A DNA stretch of 64,000 nt, taken from the NCBI GenBank assembly GCA_964016885.1, contig OZ024742.1:341868001-341932000 (forward strand). The letters are read 5' to 3'. The stretch is from Eledone cirrhosa. Taxonomy: Eukaryota. Numbering within the stretch: position 1 is the stretch's first letter; each line of letters opens with the position of its first letter. A model generated the notes under the pieces. The model was given only the letters and a program-made list of their open reading frames with translations, was not told the DNA's origin and made no database searches. Below are positions 14,301 to 28,770 of the stretch, in pieces. A program made the position numbers and the translations under genes.

Positions 14301-17300
14301 TACATCAGTGTTCTATCGAGAGTTTTAGCTTCATTACAGTATTTAGTAAAACCCTGTTTCAATCTACACGGTACATCAGTGTTCTATCGAGAGTGTTAGC
14401 TTCATTACAATATTCATTAAAACCCTGTTTCACTCTACACGGTACATCAGTGCTCTATCGAGAGTGTTAGCTTTATAACAATATTTATTAAAACCCTGTT
14501 TCACTCTACACGGTACATCAGTGCTCTATCGAGAGTGTTATCTTCATTACAATATTTATTAAAACCCTGTCTCAATCTACACGGTACATCAGTGTTCTAT
14601 CGGGAGTGTTAGCTTCATTACAATATTTAGTAAAACGCGGTTTCACTCTACACGGTACATCAGTGCTCTATCGAGAGTGTTAGCTTCATTACAATATTTA
14701 TTAAAACCTTGTTTCACTCTACACGGTACATCACAGTTCTATCGAGAGTTTTAGCTTCATTACAATATTTAGTAAAACCTGTTTCACTCTACACGGTACA
14801 TCAGTGCTCTATCGAGAGTGTTAGCTTCATTACAATATTCATTAAAACCCTGTTTCACTCTACACGGTACATCAGTGCTCTATCGAGAGTGTTAGCTTTA
14901 TAACAATATTTATTAAAACCCTGTTTCACTCTACACGGTACATCAGTGCTCGATCGAGAGCGTTAGCTTCTTTACAATATTTATTAAAACCCTGTTTCAC
15001 ACTACACGGTACATCAGTGTTCTATCGAGAGTGTTAGCTTCATTACAATATTTAGTAAAACCCTGTTTCACTCTACACGATACATCAGTGCTCTATCGAG
15101 AGTGTAGCTTCATTACAATATTTATTAAAACCCTGTTTTACTCTACACGGTACATCAGTGCTCTATCGAGAGTGTTATCTTCATTACAATATTTATTAAA
15201 ACCCTGTTTCAATCTACACGGTACATCAGTGTTCTATCGGGAGTGTTAGCTTCATTACAATATTTAGTAAAACGCTGTTTCACTCTACACGGTACATCAG
15301 TGCTCTATCGAGAGTGTTAGCTTCATTACAATATTTATTAAAACCCTGTTTCACTCTACACAGTACATCACTGTTCTATCGAGAGTTTTAGCTTCATTAC
15401 AATATTTAGTAAAACCTGTTTCACTCTACACGGTACATCAGTGCTCTATCGAGAGTGTTAGCTTCATTACAATATTCATTAAAACCCTGTTTCACTCTAC
15501 ACGGTACATCAGTGCTCTATCGAGAGTGTTAGCTTTATAACAATATTTATTAAAACCCTGTTTCACTCTACACGGTACATCAGTGCTCTATCGAGAGCGT
15601 TAGCTTCTTTACAATATTTATTAAAACCCTGTTTCACTCTACACGGTACATCAGTGCTCTATCGAGAGTGTTAGCTTTATAACAATATTTATTAAAAACC
15701 TGTTTCACTCTACACGGTACATCAGTGTTCTATCGAGAGTGTTAGCTTCATTACAGTATTTAGTAAAACCCTGTTTCACTCTACACGGTACATCAGTGTT
15801 CTATCGAGAGTGTTAGCTTCATTACAATATTCATTAAAACCCTGTTTCACTCTACACGGTACATCAGTGCTCTATCGAGAGTGTTAGCTTTATAACAATA
15901 TTTATTAAAACCCTGTTTCACTCTACACGGTACATCAGTGCTCTATCGAGAGCGTTAGCTTCTTTACAATATTTATTAAAACCCTGTTTCACTCTACACG
16001 GTACATGAGTGTTCTATCGAGAGTGTTAGTTTCATTACAATATTTAGTAAAAACCTGTTTCAATCTACACGATACATCAGTGCTCTATCGAGAGTGTAGC
16101 TTCATTACAATATTTATTAAAACCCTGCTTTACTCTACACGGTACATCAGTGCTCTATCGAGAGTGTTATCTTCATTACAATATTTATTAAAACCCTGTT
16201 TCAATCTACACGGTACATCAGTGTTCTATCGAGAGTGTTAGCTTCTTTACAGTTTTTAGTAAAACCCTGTTTCACTCTACTCGATACATCAGTGTTCTAT
16301 CGAGAGTGTAGCTTCATTACAATATTTAGTAAAACCCTGTTTCACTCTACACGGTACATTAGTACTCTATCGAGAGTGTTAGCTTTATAACAATATTTAT
16401 TAAAACCCTGTTTCACACTACACGGTACATCAGTGCTCTATCGAGAGTGTTAGCTTTATAACAATATTTATTAAAAACCTGTTTCACTCTACACGGTACA
16501 TCAGTGATCTATCGAGAGTGTTAGCTTCATTACAGTATTTAGTAAAACCCTGTTTCACTCTACACGGTACATCAGTGTTCTATCGAGAGTGTTAGCTTCA
16601 TTACAATATTCATTAAAACCCTGTTTCACTCTACACGGTACATCAGTGCTCTATCGAGAGTGTTAGCTTTATAACAATATTTATTAAAACCCTGTTTCAC
16701 TCTACACGGTACATCAGTGCTCTATCGAGAGCGTTAGCTTCTTTACAATATTTATTAAAACCCTGTTTCACTCTACACGGTACATCAGTGTTCTATCGAG
16801 AGTGTTAGCTTCATTACAATATTTAGTAAAACCCTGTTTCACTCTACACGATACATCAGTGCTCTATCGAGTGTGTAGCTTCATTACAATATTTATTAAA
16901 ACCCTGTTTTACTCTACACGGTACATCAGTGCTCTATCGACAGTGTTATCTTCATTACAATATTTATTAAAACCCTGTTTCAATCTACACGGTACATCCG
17001 TGTTCTATCGGGAGTGCTAGCTTCATTACAATATTTAGTAAAACGCTGTTTCACTCTACACGGTACATCAGTGTTCTATCGAGAGTGTTAGCTTCATTAC
17101 AATATTTATTAAAACCCTGTTTCACTCTACACGGTACAACAGTGTTCTATCGGGAGTGTTAGCTTCATTACAATATTTATTAAAACGCTGTTTCACTCTA
17201 CACGGTACATCAGTGTTCTATCGAGAGTGTTAGCTTCATTACAATATTTAGAAAAATCCTGTTTCACGCTACACGGTACATCAGTGTTCTATCGGGAGTG

Positions 17301-20300
17301 TTAGCTTCATTACAATATTTAGTAAAACCCTGTATCACCCTACACTGTACATCAGTGTTCTATCGGGTGTGTTAGCTTCATTACAATATTTATTAAAACG
17401 CTGTTTCACTCTACACGGTACATCAGTGTTCTATCGAGAGTTTTAGCTTCATTACAGTATTTAGTAAAACCCTGTTTCAATCTACACGGTACATCAGTGT
17501 TCTATCGAGAGTGTTAGCTTCATTACAATATTCATTAAAACCCTGTTTCACTCTACACGGTACATCAGTGCTCTATCGAGAGTGTTAGCTTTATAACAAT
17601 ATTTATTAAAACCCTGTTTCACTCTACACGGTACATCAGTGCTCTATCGAGAGTGTTATCTTCATTACAATATTTATTAAAACCCTGTCTCAATCTACAC
17701 GGTACATCAGTGTTCTATCGGGAGTGTTAGCTTCATTACAATATTTAGTAAAACGCGGTTTCACTCTACACGGTACATCAGTGCTCTATCGAGAGTGTTA
17801 GCTTCATTACAATATTTATTAAAACCTTGTTTCACTCTACACGGTACATCACAGTTCTATCGAGAGTTTTAGCTTCATTACAATATTTAGTAAAACCTGT
17901 TTCACTCTACACGGTACATCAGTGCTCTATCGAGAGTGTTAGCTTCATTACAATATTCATTAAAACCCTGTTTCACTCTACACGGTACATCAGTGCTCTA
18001 TCGAGAGTGTTAGCTTTATAACAATATTTATTAAAACCCTGTTTCACTCTACACGGTACATCAGTGCTCTATCGAGAGCGTTAGCTTCTTTACAATATTT
18101 ATTAAAACCCTGTTTCACTCTACACGGTACATCAGTGTTCTATCGAGAGTGTTAGCTTCATTACAGTTTTTAGTAAAACCCTGTTTCACTCTACTCGATA
18201 CATCAGTGTTCTATCGAGAGTGTAGCTTCATTACAATATTTAGTAAAACCCTGTTTCACTCTACACGGTACATTAGTACTCTATCGAGAGTGTTAGCTTT
18301 ATAACGATATTTATTAAAACCCTGTTTCACACTACACGGTACATCAGTGCTCTATCGAGAGTGTTAGCTTTATAACAATATTTATTAAAAACCTGTTTCA
18401 CTCTACACGGTACATCAGTGTTCTATCGAGAGTGTTAGCTTCATTACAGTATTTAGTAAAACCCTGTTTCACTCTACACGGTACATCAGTGTTCTATCGA
18501 GAGTGTTAACTTCATTACAATATTCATTAAAACCCTGTTTCACTCTACACGGTACATCAGTGCTCTATCGAGAGTGTTAGCTTCATAACAATATTTATTA
18601 AAACCATGTTTCACTCTACACGGTACATCAGTGCTCTATCGAGAGCGTTAGCTTCTTTACAATATTTATTAAAACCCTGTTTCACACTACACGGTACATC
18701 AGTGTTCTATCGAGAGTGTTAGCTTCATTACAATATTTAGTAAAACCCTGTTTCACTCTACACGATACATCAGTGCTCTATCGAGAGTGTAGCTTCATTA
18801 CAATATTTATTAAAACCCTGTTTTACTCTACACGGTACATCAGTGCTCTATCGAGAGTGTTATCTTCATTACAATATTTATTAAAACCCTGTTTCAATCT
18901 ACACGGTACATCAGTGTTCTATCGGGAGTGTTAGCTTCATTACAATATTTAGTAAAACGCTGTTTCACTCTACACGGTACATCAGTGCTCTATCGAGAGT
19001 GTTAGCTTCATTACAATATTTATTAAAACCCTGTTTCACTCTACACGGTACATCACTGTTCTATCGAGAGTTTTAGCTTCATTACAATATTTAGTAAAAC
19101 CTGTTTCACTCTACACGGTACATCAGTGCTCTATCGAGAGTGTTAGCTTCATTACAATATTCATTAAAACCCTGTTTCACTCTACACGGTACATCAGTGC
19201 TCTATCGAGAGTGTTAGCTTTATAACAATATTTATTAAAACCCTGTTTCACTCTACACGGTACATCAGTGCTCTATCGAGAGCGTTAGCTTCTTTACAAT
19301 ATTTATTAAAACCCTGTTTCACTCTACACGGTACATCAGTGCTCTATCGAGAGTGTTAGCTTTATAACAATATTTATTAAAAACCTGTTTCACTCTACAC
19401 GGTACATCAGTGTTCTATCGAGAGTGTTAGCTTCATTACAGTATTTAGTAAAACCCTGTTTCACTCTACACGGTACATCAGTGTTCTATCGAGAGTGTTA
19501 GCTTCATTATAATATTCATTAAAACCCTGTTTCACTCTACACGGTACATCAGTGCTCTATCGAGAGTGTTAGCTTTATAACAATATTTATTAAAACCCTG
19601 TTTCACTCTACACGGTACATCAGTGCTCTATCGAGAGCGTTAGCTTCTTTACAATATTTATTAAAACCCTGTTTCACTCTACACGGTACATGAGTGTTCT
19701 ATCGAGAGTGTTAGTTTCATTACAATATTTAGTAAAAACCTGTTTCAATCTACACGATACATCAGTGCTCTATCGAGAGTGTAGCTTCATTACAATATTT
19801 ATTAAAACCCTGCTTTACTCTACACGGTACATCAGTGCTCTATCGAGAGTGTTATCTTCATTACAATATTTATTAAAACCCTGTTTCAATCTACACGGTA
19901 CATCAGTGTTCTATCGAGAGTGTTAGCTTCTTTACAGTTTTTAGTAAAACCCTGTTTCACTCTACTCGATACATCAGTGTTCTATCGAGAGTGTAGCTTC
20001 ATTACAATATTTAGTAAAACCCTGTTTCACTCTACACGGTACATTAGTACTCTATCGAGAGTGTTAGCTTTATAACAATATTTATTAAAACCCTGTTTCA
20101 CACTACACGGTACATCAGTGCTCTATCGAGAGTGTTAGCTTTATAACAATATTTATTAAAAACCTGTTTCACTCTACACGGTACATCAGTGATCTATCGA
20201 GAGTGTTAGCTTCATTACAGTATTTAGTAAAACCCTGTTTCACTCTACACGGTACATCAGTGTTCTATCGAGAGTGTTAGCTTCATTACAATATTCATTA

Positions 20301-22750
20301 AAACCCTGTTTCACTCTACACGGTACATCAGTGCTCTATCGAGAGTGTTAGCTTTATAACAATATTTATTAAAACCCTGTTTCACTCTACACGGTACATC
20401 AGTGCTCTATCGAGAGCGTTAGCTTCTTTACAATATTTATTAAAACCCTGTTTCACTCTACACGGTACATCAGTGTTCTATCGAGAGTGTTAGCTTCATT
20501 ACAATATTTAGTAAAACCCTGTTTCACTCTACACGATACATCAGTGCTCTATCGAGTGTGTAGCTTCATTACAATATTTATTAAAACCCTGTTTTACTCT
20601 ACACGGTACATCAGTGCTCTATCGACAGTGTTATCTTCATTACAATATTTATTAAAACCCTGTTTCAATCTACACGGTACATCCGTGTTCTATCGGGAGT
20701 GCTAGCTTCATTACAATATTTAGTAAAACGCTGTTTCACTCTACACGGTACATCAGTGTTCTATCGAGAGTGTTAGCTTCATTACAATATTTATTAAAAC
20801 CCTGTTTCACTCTACACGGTACAACAGTGTTCTATCGGGAGTGTTAGCTTCATTACAATATTTATTAAAACGCTGTTTCACTCTACACGGTACATCAGTG
20901 TTCTATCGTGAGTGTTAGCTTCATTACAATATTTAGAAAAATCCTGTTTCACGCTACACGGTACATCAGTGTTCTATCGGGAGTGTTAGCTTCATTACAA
21001 TATTTAGTAAAACCCTGTATCACCCTACACTGTACATCAGTGTTCTATCGGGTGTGTTAGCTTCATTACAATATTTATTAAAACGCTGTTTCACTCTACA
21101 CGGTACATCAGTGTTCTATCGAGAGTTTTAGCTTCATTACAGTATTTAGTAAAACCCTGTTTCAATCTACACGGTACATCAGTGTTCTATCGAGAGTGTT
21201 AGCTTCATTACAATATTCATTAAAACCCTGTTTCACTCTACACGGTACATCAGTGCTCTATCGAGAGTGTTAGCTTTATAACAATATTTATTAAAACCCT
21301 GTTTCACTCTACACGGTACATCAGTGCTCTATCGAGAGTGTTATCTTCATTACAATATTTATTAAAACCCTGTCTCAATCTACACGGTACATCAGTGTTC
21401 TATCGGGAGTGTTAGCTTCATTACAATATTTAGTAAAACGCGGTTTCACTCTACACGGTACATCAGTGCTCTATCGAGAGTGTTAGCTTCATTACAATAT
21501 TTATTAAAACCTTGTTTCACTCTACACGGTACATCACAGTTCTATCGAGAGTTTTAGCTTCATTACAATATTTAGTAAAACCTGTTTCACTCTACACGGT
21601 ACATCAGTGCTCTATCGAGAGTGTTAGCTTCATTACAATATTCATTAAAACCCTGTTTCACTCTACACGGTACATCAGTGCTCTATCGAGAGTGTTAGCT
21701 TTATAACAATATTTATTAAAACCCTGTTTCACTCTACACGGTACATCAGTGCTCTATCGAGAGCGTTAGCTTCTTTACAATATTTATTAAAACCCTGTTT
21801 CACTCTACACGGTACATCAGTGTTCTATCGAGAGTGTTAGCTTCATTACAGTTTTTAGTAAAACCCTGTTTCACTCTACTCGATACATCAGTGTTCTATC
21901 GAGAGTGTAGCTTCATTACAATATTTAGTAAAACCCTGTTTCACTCTACACGGTACATTAGTACTCTATCGAGAGTGTTAGCTTTATAACGATATTTATT
22001 AAAACCCTGTTTCACACTACACGGTACATCAGTGCTCTATCGAGAGTTTTAGCTTTATAACAATATTTATTAAAAACCTGTTTCACTCTACACGGTACAT
22101 CAGTGTTCTATCGAGAGTGTTAGCTTCATTACAGTATTTAGTAAAACCCTGTTTCACTCTACACGGTACATCAGTGTTCTATCGAGAGTGTTAACTTCAT
22201 TACAATATTCATTAAAACCCTGTTTCACTCTACACGGTACATCAGTGCTCTATCGAGAGTGTTAGCTTTATAACAATATTTATTAAAACCATGTTTCACT
22301 CTACACGGTACATCAGTGCTCTATCGAGAGCGTTAGCTTCTTTACAATATTTATTAAAACCCTGTTTCACTATACACGGTACATCAGTGTTCTATCGAGA
22401 GTGTTAGCTTCATTACAATATTTAGTAAAACCCTGTTTCACTCTACACGATACATCAGTGCTCTATCTAGAGTGTAGCTTCATTACAATATTTATTAAAA
22501 CCCTGTTTTACTCTACACGGTACATCAGTGCTCTATCGAGAGTGTTATCTTCATTACAATATTTATTAAAACCCTGTTTCAATCTACACGGTACATCAGT
22601 GTTCTATCGGGAGTGTTAGCTTCATTACAATATTTAGTAAAACGCTGTTTCACTCTACACGGTACATCAGTGTTCTATCGAGAGTGTTAGCTTCATTACA
22701 ATATTTATTAAAACCCTGTTTCACTCTACACGGTACAACAGTGTTCTATC
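8400..22750. repeat. Higher-order repeat domain with successive periods of ~47, 43/44 and 52 monomers
   Basis: Rare variants recur at fixed offsets. CTCGATCGAG lies at 8573, 11902 and 14949 (+3329, +3047). ORF-track copies give 8655>11984>15031>18716>22401 (+3329, +3047, +3685, +3685) and 12958>16005>19690 (+3047, +3685). TGTCTCAATC lies at 14568, 17686 and 21371 (+3118, +3685). 3685=52x71-7, 3329=47x71-8, 3047=43x71-6, 3118=44x71-6. Confidence 0.9.
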
Positions 22751-25700
22751 GGGAGTGTTAGCTTCATTACAATATTTAGTAAAACCCTGTATCACTCTAC
22801 ACGGTACATCAGTGTTCTATCGAGAGTGTTAGCTTCATTACAATATTCATTAAAACCCTGTTTCACTCTACACGGTACATCAGTGCTCTATCGAGAGTGT
22901 TAGCTTTATAACAATATTTATTAAAACCCTGTTTCACTCTACACGGTACATCAGTGCTCTATCGAGAGTGTTATCTTCATTACAATATTTATTAAAACCC
23001 TGTCTCAATCTACACGGTACATCAGTGTTCTATCGGGAGTGTTAGCTTCATTACAATATTTAGTAAAACGCGGTTTCACTCTACACGGTACATCAGTGCT
23101 CTATCGAGAGTGTTAGCTTCATTACAATATTTATTAAAACCCTGTTTCACTCTACACGGTACATCACAGTTCTATCGAGAGTTTTAGCTTCATTACAATA
23201 TTTAGTAAAACCTGTTTCACTCTACACGGTACATCAGTGCTCTATCGAGAGTGTTAGCTTCATTACAATATTCATTAAAACCCTGTTTCACTCTACACGG
23301 TACATCAGTGCTCTATCGAGAGTGTTAGCTTTATAACAATATTTATTAAAACCCTGTTTCACTCTACACGGTACATCAGTGTTCTATCGAGAGTGTTAGC
23401 TTCATTACAATATTTAGAAAAATCCTGTTTCACGCTACACGGTACATCAGTGTTCTATCGGGAGTGTTAGCTTCATTACAATATTTAGTAAAACCCTGTA
23501 TCACCCTACACTGTACATCAGTGTTCTATCGGGTGTGTTAGCTTCATTACAATATTTATTAAAACGCTGTTTCACTCTACACGGTACATCAGTGTTCTAT
23601 CGAGAGTTTTAGCTTCATTACAGTATTTAGTAAAACCCTGTTTCAATCTACACGGTACATCAGTGTTCTATCGAGAGTGTTAGCTTCATTACAATATTCA
23701 TTAAAACCCTGTTTCACTCTACACGGTACATCAGTGCTCTATCGAGAGTGTTAGCTTTATAACAATATTTATTAAAACCCTGTTTCACTCTACACGGTAC
23801 ATCAGTGCTCTATCGAGAGTGTTATCTTCATTACAATATTTATTAAAACCCTGTCTCAATCTACACGGTACATCAGTGTTCTATCGGGAGTGTTAGCTTC
23901 ATTACAATATTTAGTAAAACGCGGTTTCACTCTACACGGTACATCAGTGCTCTATCGAGAGTGTTAGCTTCATTACAATATTTATTAAAACCTTGTTTCA
24001 CTCTACACGGTACATCACAGTTCTATCGAGAGTTTTAGCTTCATTACAATATTTAGTAAAACCTGTTTCACTCTACACGGTACATCAGTGCTCTATCGAG
24101 AGTGTTAGCTTCATTACAATATTCATTAAAACCCTGTTTCACTCTACACGGTACATCAGTGCTCTATCGAGAGTGTTAGCTTTATAACAATATTTATTAA
24201 AACCCTGTTTCACTCTACACGGTACATCAGTGCTCTATCGAGAGCGTTAGCTTCTTTACAATATTTATTAAAACCCTGTTTCACTCTACACGGTACATCA
24301 GTGTTCTATCGAGAGTGTTAGCTTCATTACAGTTTTTAGTAAAACCCTGTTTCACTCTACTCGATACATCAGTGTTCTATCGAGAGTGTAGCTTCATTAC
24401 AATATTTAGTAAAACCCTGTTTCACTCTACACGGTACATTAGTACTCTATCGAGAGTGTTAGCTTTATAACGATATTTATTAAAACCCTGTTTCACACTA
24501 CACGGTACATCAGTGCTCTATCGAGAGTGTTAGCTTTATAACAATATTTATTAAAAACCTGTTTCACTCTACACGGTACATCAGTGTTCTATCGAGAGTG
24601 TTAGCTTCATTACAGTATTTAGTAAAACCCTGTTTCACTCTACACGGTACATCAGTGTTCTATCGAGAGTGTTAACTTCATTACAATATTCATTAAAACC
24701 CTGTTTCACTCTACACGGTACATCAGTGCTCTATCGAGAGTGTTAGCTTTATAACAATATTTATTAAAACCATGTTTCACTCTACACGGTACATCAGTGC
24801 TCTATCGAGAGCGTTAGCTTCTTTACAATATTTATTAAAACCCTGTTTCACTATACACGGTACATCAGTGTTCTATCGAGAGTGTTAGCTTCATTACAAT
24901 ATTTAGTAAAACCCTGTTTCACTCTACACGATACATCAGTGCTCTATCGAGAGTGTAGCTTCATTACAATATTTATTAAAACCCTGTTTTACTCTACACG
25001 GTACATCAGTGCTCTATCGAGAGTGTTATCTTCATTACAATATTTATTAAAACCCTGTTTCAATCTACACGGTACATCAGTGTTCTATCGGGAGTGTTAG
25101 CTTCATTACAATATTTAGTAAAACGCTGTTTCACTCTACACGGTACATCAGTGTTCTATCGAGAGTGTTAGCTTCATTACAATATTTATTAAATCCCTGT
25201 TTCACTCTACACGGTACAACAGTGTTCTATCGGGAGTGTTAGCTTCATTACAATATTTAGTAAAACCCTGTATCACTCTACACGGTACATCAGTGTTCTA
25301 TCGAGAGTGTTAGCTTCATTACAATATTCATTAAAACCCTGTTTCACTCTACACGGTACATCAGTGCTCTATCGAGAGTGTTAGCTTTATAACAATATTT
25401 ATTAAAACCCTGTTTCACTCTACACGGTACATCAGTGCTCTATCGAGAGTGTTATCTTCATTACAATATTTATTAAAACCCTGTCTCAATCTACACGGTA
25501 CATCAGTGTTCTATCGGGAGTGTTAGCTTCATTACAATATTTAGTAAAACGCGGTTTCACTCTACACGGTACATCAGTGCTCTATCGAGAGTGTTAGCTT
25601 CATTACAATATTTATTAAAACCCTGTTTCACTCTACACGGTACATCACAGTTCTATCGAGAGTTTTAGCTTCATTACAATATTTAGTAAAACCTGTTTCA

Positions 25701-26750
25701 CTCTACACGGTACATCAGTGCTCTATCGAGAGTGTTAGCTTCATTACAATATTCATTAAAACCCTGTTTCACTCTACACGGTACATCAGTGCTCTATCGA
25801 GAGTGTTAGCTTTATAACAATATTTATTAAAACCCTGTTTCACTCTACACGGTACATCAGTGCTCTATCGAGAGCGTTAGCTTCTTTACAATATTTATTA
25901 AAACCCTGTTTCACTCTACACGGTACATCAGTGTTCTATCGAGAGTGTTAGCTTCATTACAGTTTTTAGTAAAACCCTGTTTCACTCTACTCGATACATC
26001 AGTGTTCTATCGAGAGTGTAGCTTCATTACAATATTTAGTAAAACCCTGTTTCACTCTACACGGTACATTAGTACTCTATCGAGAGTGTTAGCTTTATAA
26101 CGATATTTATTAAAACCCTGTTTCACACTACACGGTACATCAGTGCTCTATCGAGAGTGTTAGCTTTATAACAATATTTATTAAAAACCTGTTTCACTCT
26201 ACACGGTACATCAGTGTTCTATCGAGAGTGTTAGCTTCATTACAGTATTTAGTAAAACCCTGTTTCACTCTACACGGTACATCAGTGTTCTATCGAGAGT
26301 GTTAACTTCATTACAATATTCATTAAAACCCTGTTTCACTCTACACGGTACATCAGTGCTCTATCGAGAGTGTTAGCTTTATAACAATATTTATTAAAAC
26401 CATGTTTCACTCTACACGGTACATCAGTGCTCTATCGAGAGCGTTAGCTTCTTTACAATATTTATTAAAACCCTGTTTCACTATACACGGTACATCAGTG
26501 TTCTATCGAGAGTGTTAGCTTCATTACAATATTTAGTAAAACCCTGTTTCACTCTACACGATACATCAGTGCTCTATCGAGAGTGTAGCTTCATTACAAT
26601 ATTTATTAAAACCCTGTTTTACTCTACACGGTGCATCAGTGCTCTATCGAGAGTGTTATCTTCATTACAATATTTATTAAAACCCTGTTTCAATCTACAC
26701 GGTACATCAGTGTTCTATCGGGAGTGTTAGCTTCATTACAATATTTAGTA
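20900..26750. repeat. Nested 35-monomer (2481 bp) and 23-monomer (1630 bp) duplications
   Basis: The TGTCTCAATC marker lies at 21371, 23001, 23852 and 25482 (offsets 1630 and 2481). ORF-track copies give 21512>23993 and 22401>24882 (+2481) and 24882>26512 (+1630). Confidence 0.85.
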
Positions 26751-28770
26751 AAACGCTGTTTCACTCTACACGGTACATCAGTGTTCTATCGAGAGTTTTA
26801 GCTTCATTACAATATTTATTAAAACCCTGTTTCACTCTACACGGTACAACAGTGTTCTATCGGGAGTGTTAGCTTCATTACAATATTTAGTAAAACCCTG
26901 TATCACCCTACACTGTACATCAGTGTTCTATCGGGAGTGTTAGCTTCATTACAATATTTAGTAAAACCCTGTTTTCACGCTACACGGTACATCAGTGCTC
27001 TATCGAGAGTGTTAGCTTCATTACAATATTTAGTAAAACCCTGTTTCACTCTACACGGTACATCACTGTTCTATCGAGAGTTTTAGCTTCATTACAATAT
27101 TTAGTAAAACCCTGTTTCACTCTACACGGTACATCAGTGCTCTACCGAGAGTGTTAGCTTCATTACAATATTCATTAAAACCCTGTTTCACTCTACACGG
27201 TACATCAGTGTTCTATCGAGAGTGTTAACTTCATTACAATATTTATTAACACCCTGTTTCACGCTACACTGTACATCAGTGCTCTATCGAGAGTGTTAGG
27301 TTCATTACAATATTTATTAAAACCCTGTTTCACTCTACACGGTACATCAGTGTTCTATCGAGAGTTTTAGCTTTATAACAATATTTATTAAAAGCCTGTT
27401 TCACTCTACGCGGTACATCGCTGCTCTATCGGGAGTGTTAGCTTCATTACAATATTTAGTAAAACCCTGTTTCACTCTACACGGTACACCAGTCTTCTAT
27501 GGGGAGTGTTAACATCATTACAATATTTATTAAAACCCTGTTTCACTCTACACGGTACATCAGTGCTCTATCGAGAGCGTTAGCTTCTTTACAATATTTA
27601 TTAAAACCCTGTTTCACTCTACACGGTACATCAGTGTTCTATCGAGAGTGTTAGCTTCATTACAATATTTAGTAAAACCCTGTTTCACTCTACACGATAC
27701 ATCAGTGCTCTATCGAGAGTGTAGCTTCATTACAATATTTATTAAAACCCTGTTTTACTCTACACGGTGCATCAGTGCTCTATCGAGAGTGTTATCTTCA
27801 TTACAATATTTATTAAAACCCTGTTTCAATCTACACGGTACATCAGTGTTCTATCGGGAGTGTTAGCTTCATTACAATATTTAGTAAAACGCTGTTTCAC
27901 TCTACACGGTACATCAGTGTTCTATCGAGAGTTTTAGCTTCATTACAATATTTATTAAAACCCTGTTTCACTCTACACGGTACAACAGTGTTCTATCGGG
28001 AGTGTTAGCTTCATTACAATATTTAGTAAAACCCTGTATCACCCTACACTGTACATCAGTGTTCTATCGGGAGTGTTAGCTTCATTACAATATTTAGTAA
28101 AACCCTGTTTTCACGCTACACGGTACATCAGTGCTCTATCGAGAGTGTTAGCTTCATTACAATATTTAGTAAAACCCTGTTTCACTCTACACGGTACATC
28201 ACTGTTCTATCGAGAGTTTTAGCTTCATTACAATATTTAGTAAAACCCTGTTTCACTCTACACGGTACATCAGTGCTCTACCGAGAGTGTTAGCTTCATT
28301 ACAATATTCATTAAAACCCTGTTTCACTCTACACGGTACATCAGTGTTCTATCGAGAGTGTTAACTTCATTACAATATTTATTAACACCCTGTTTCACGC
28401 TACACGGTACATCAGTGCTCTATCGAGAGTGTTAGGTTCATTACAATATTTATTAAAACCCTGTTTCACTCTACACGGTACATCAGTGTTCTATCGAGAG
28501 TTTTAGCTTTATAACAATATTTATTAAAAGCCTGTTTCACTCTACGCGGTACATCGCTGCTCTATCGGGAGTGTTAGCTTCATTACAATATTTAGTAAAA
28601 CCCTGTTTCACTCTACACGGTACACCAGTCTTCTATGGGGATTGTTAACATCATTACAATATTTATTAAAACCCTGTTTCACTCTACACGGTACATCAGT
28701 GCTCTATCGAGAGCGTTAGCTTCTTTACAATATTTATTAAAACCCTGTTTCACTCTACACGGTACATCAG
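26510..28770. repeat. Near-perfect tandem duplication of a 16-monomer block (1136 bp)
   Basis: Identical translated segments carrying the rare 'STRC' variant (cggtgcatc) start at 26512 and 27648 (+1136=16x71). Both copies also share the 1-bp insertion tgttttcacg, ttaggttc, aaaagcctg and catcgctg. Confidence 0.9.
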
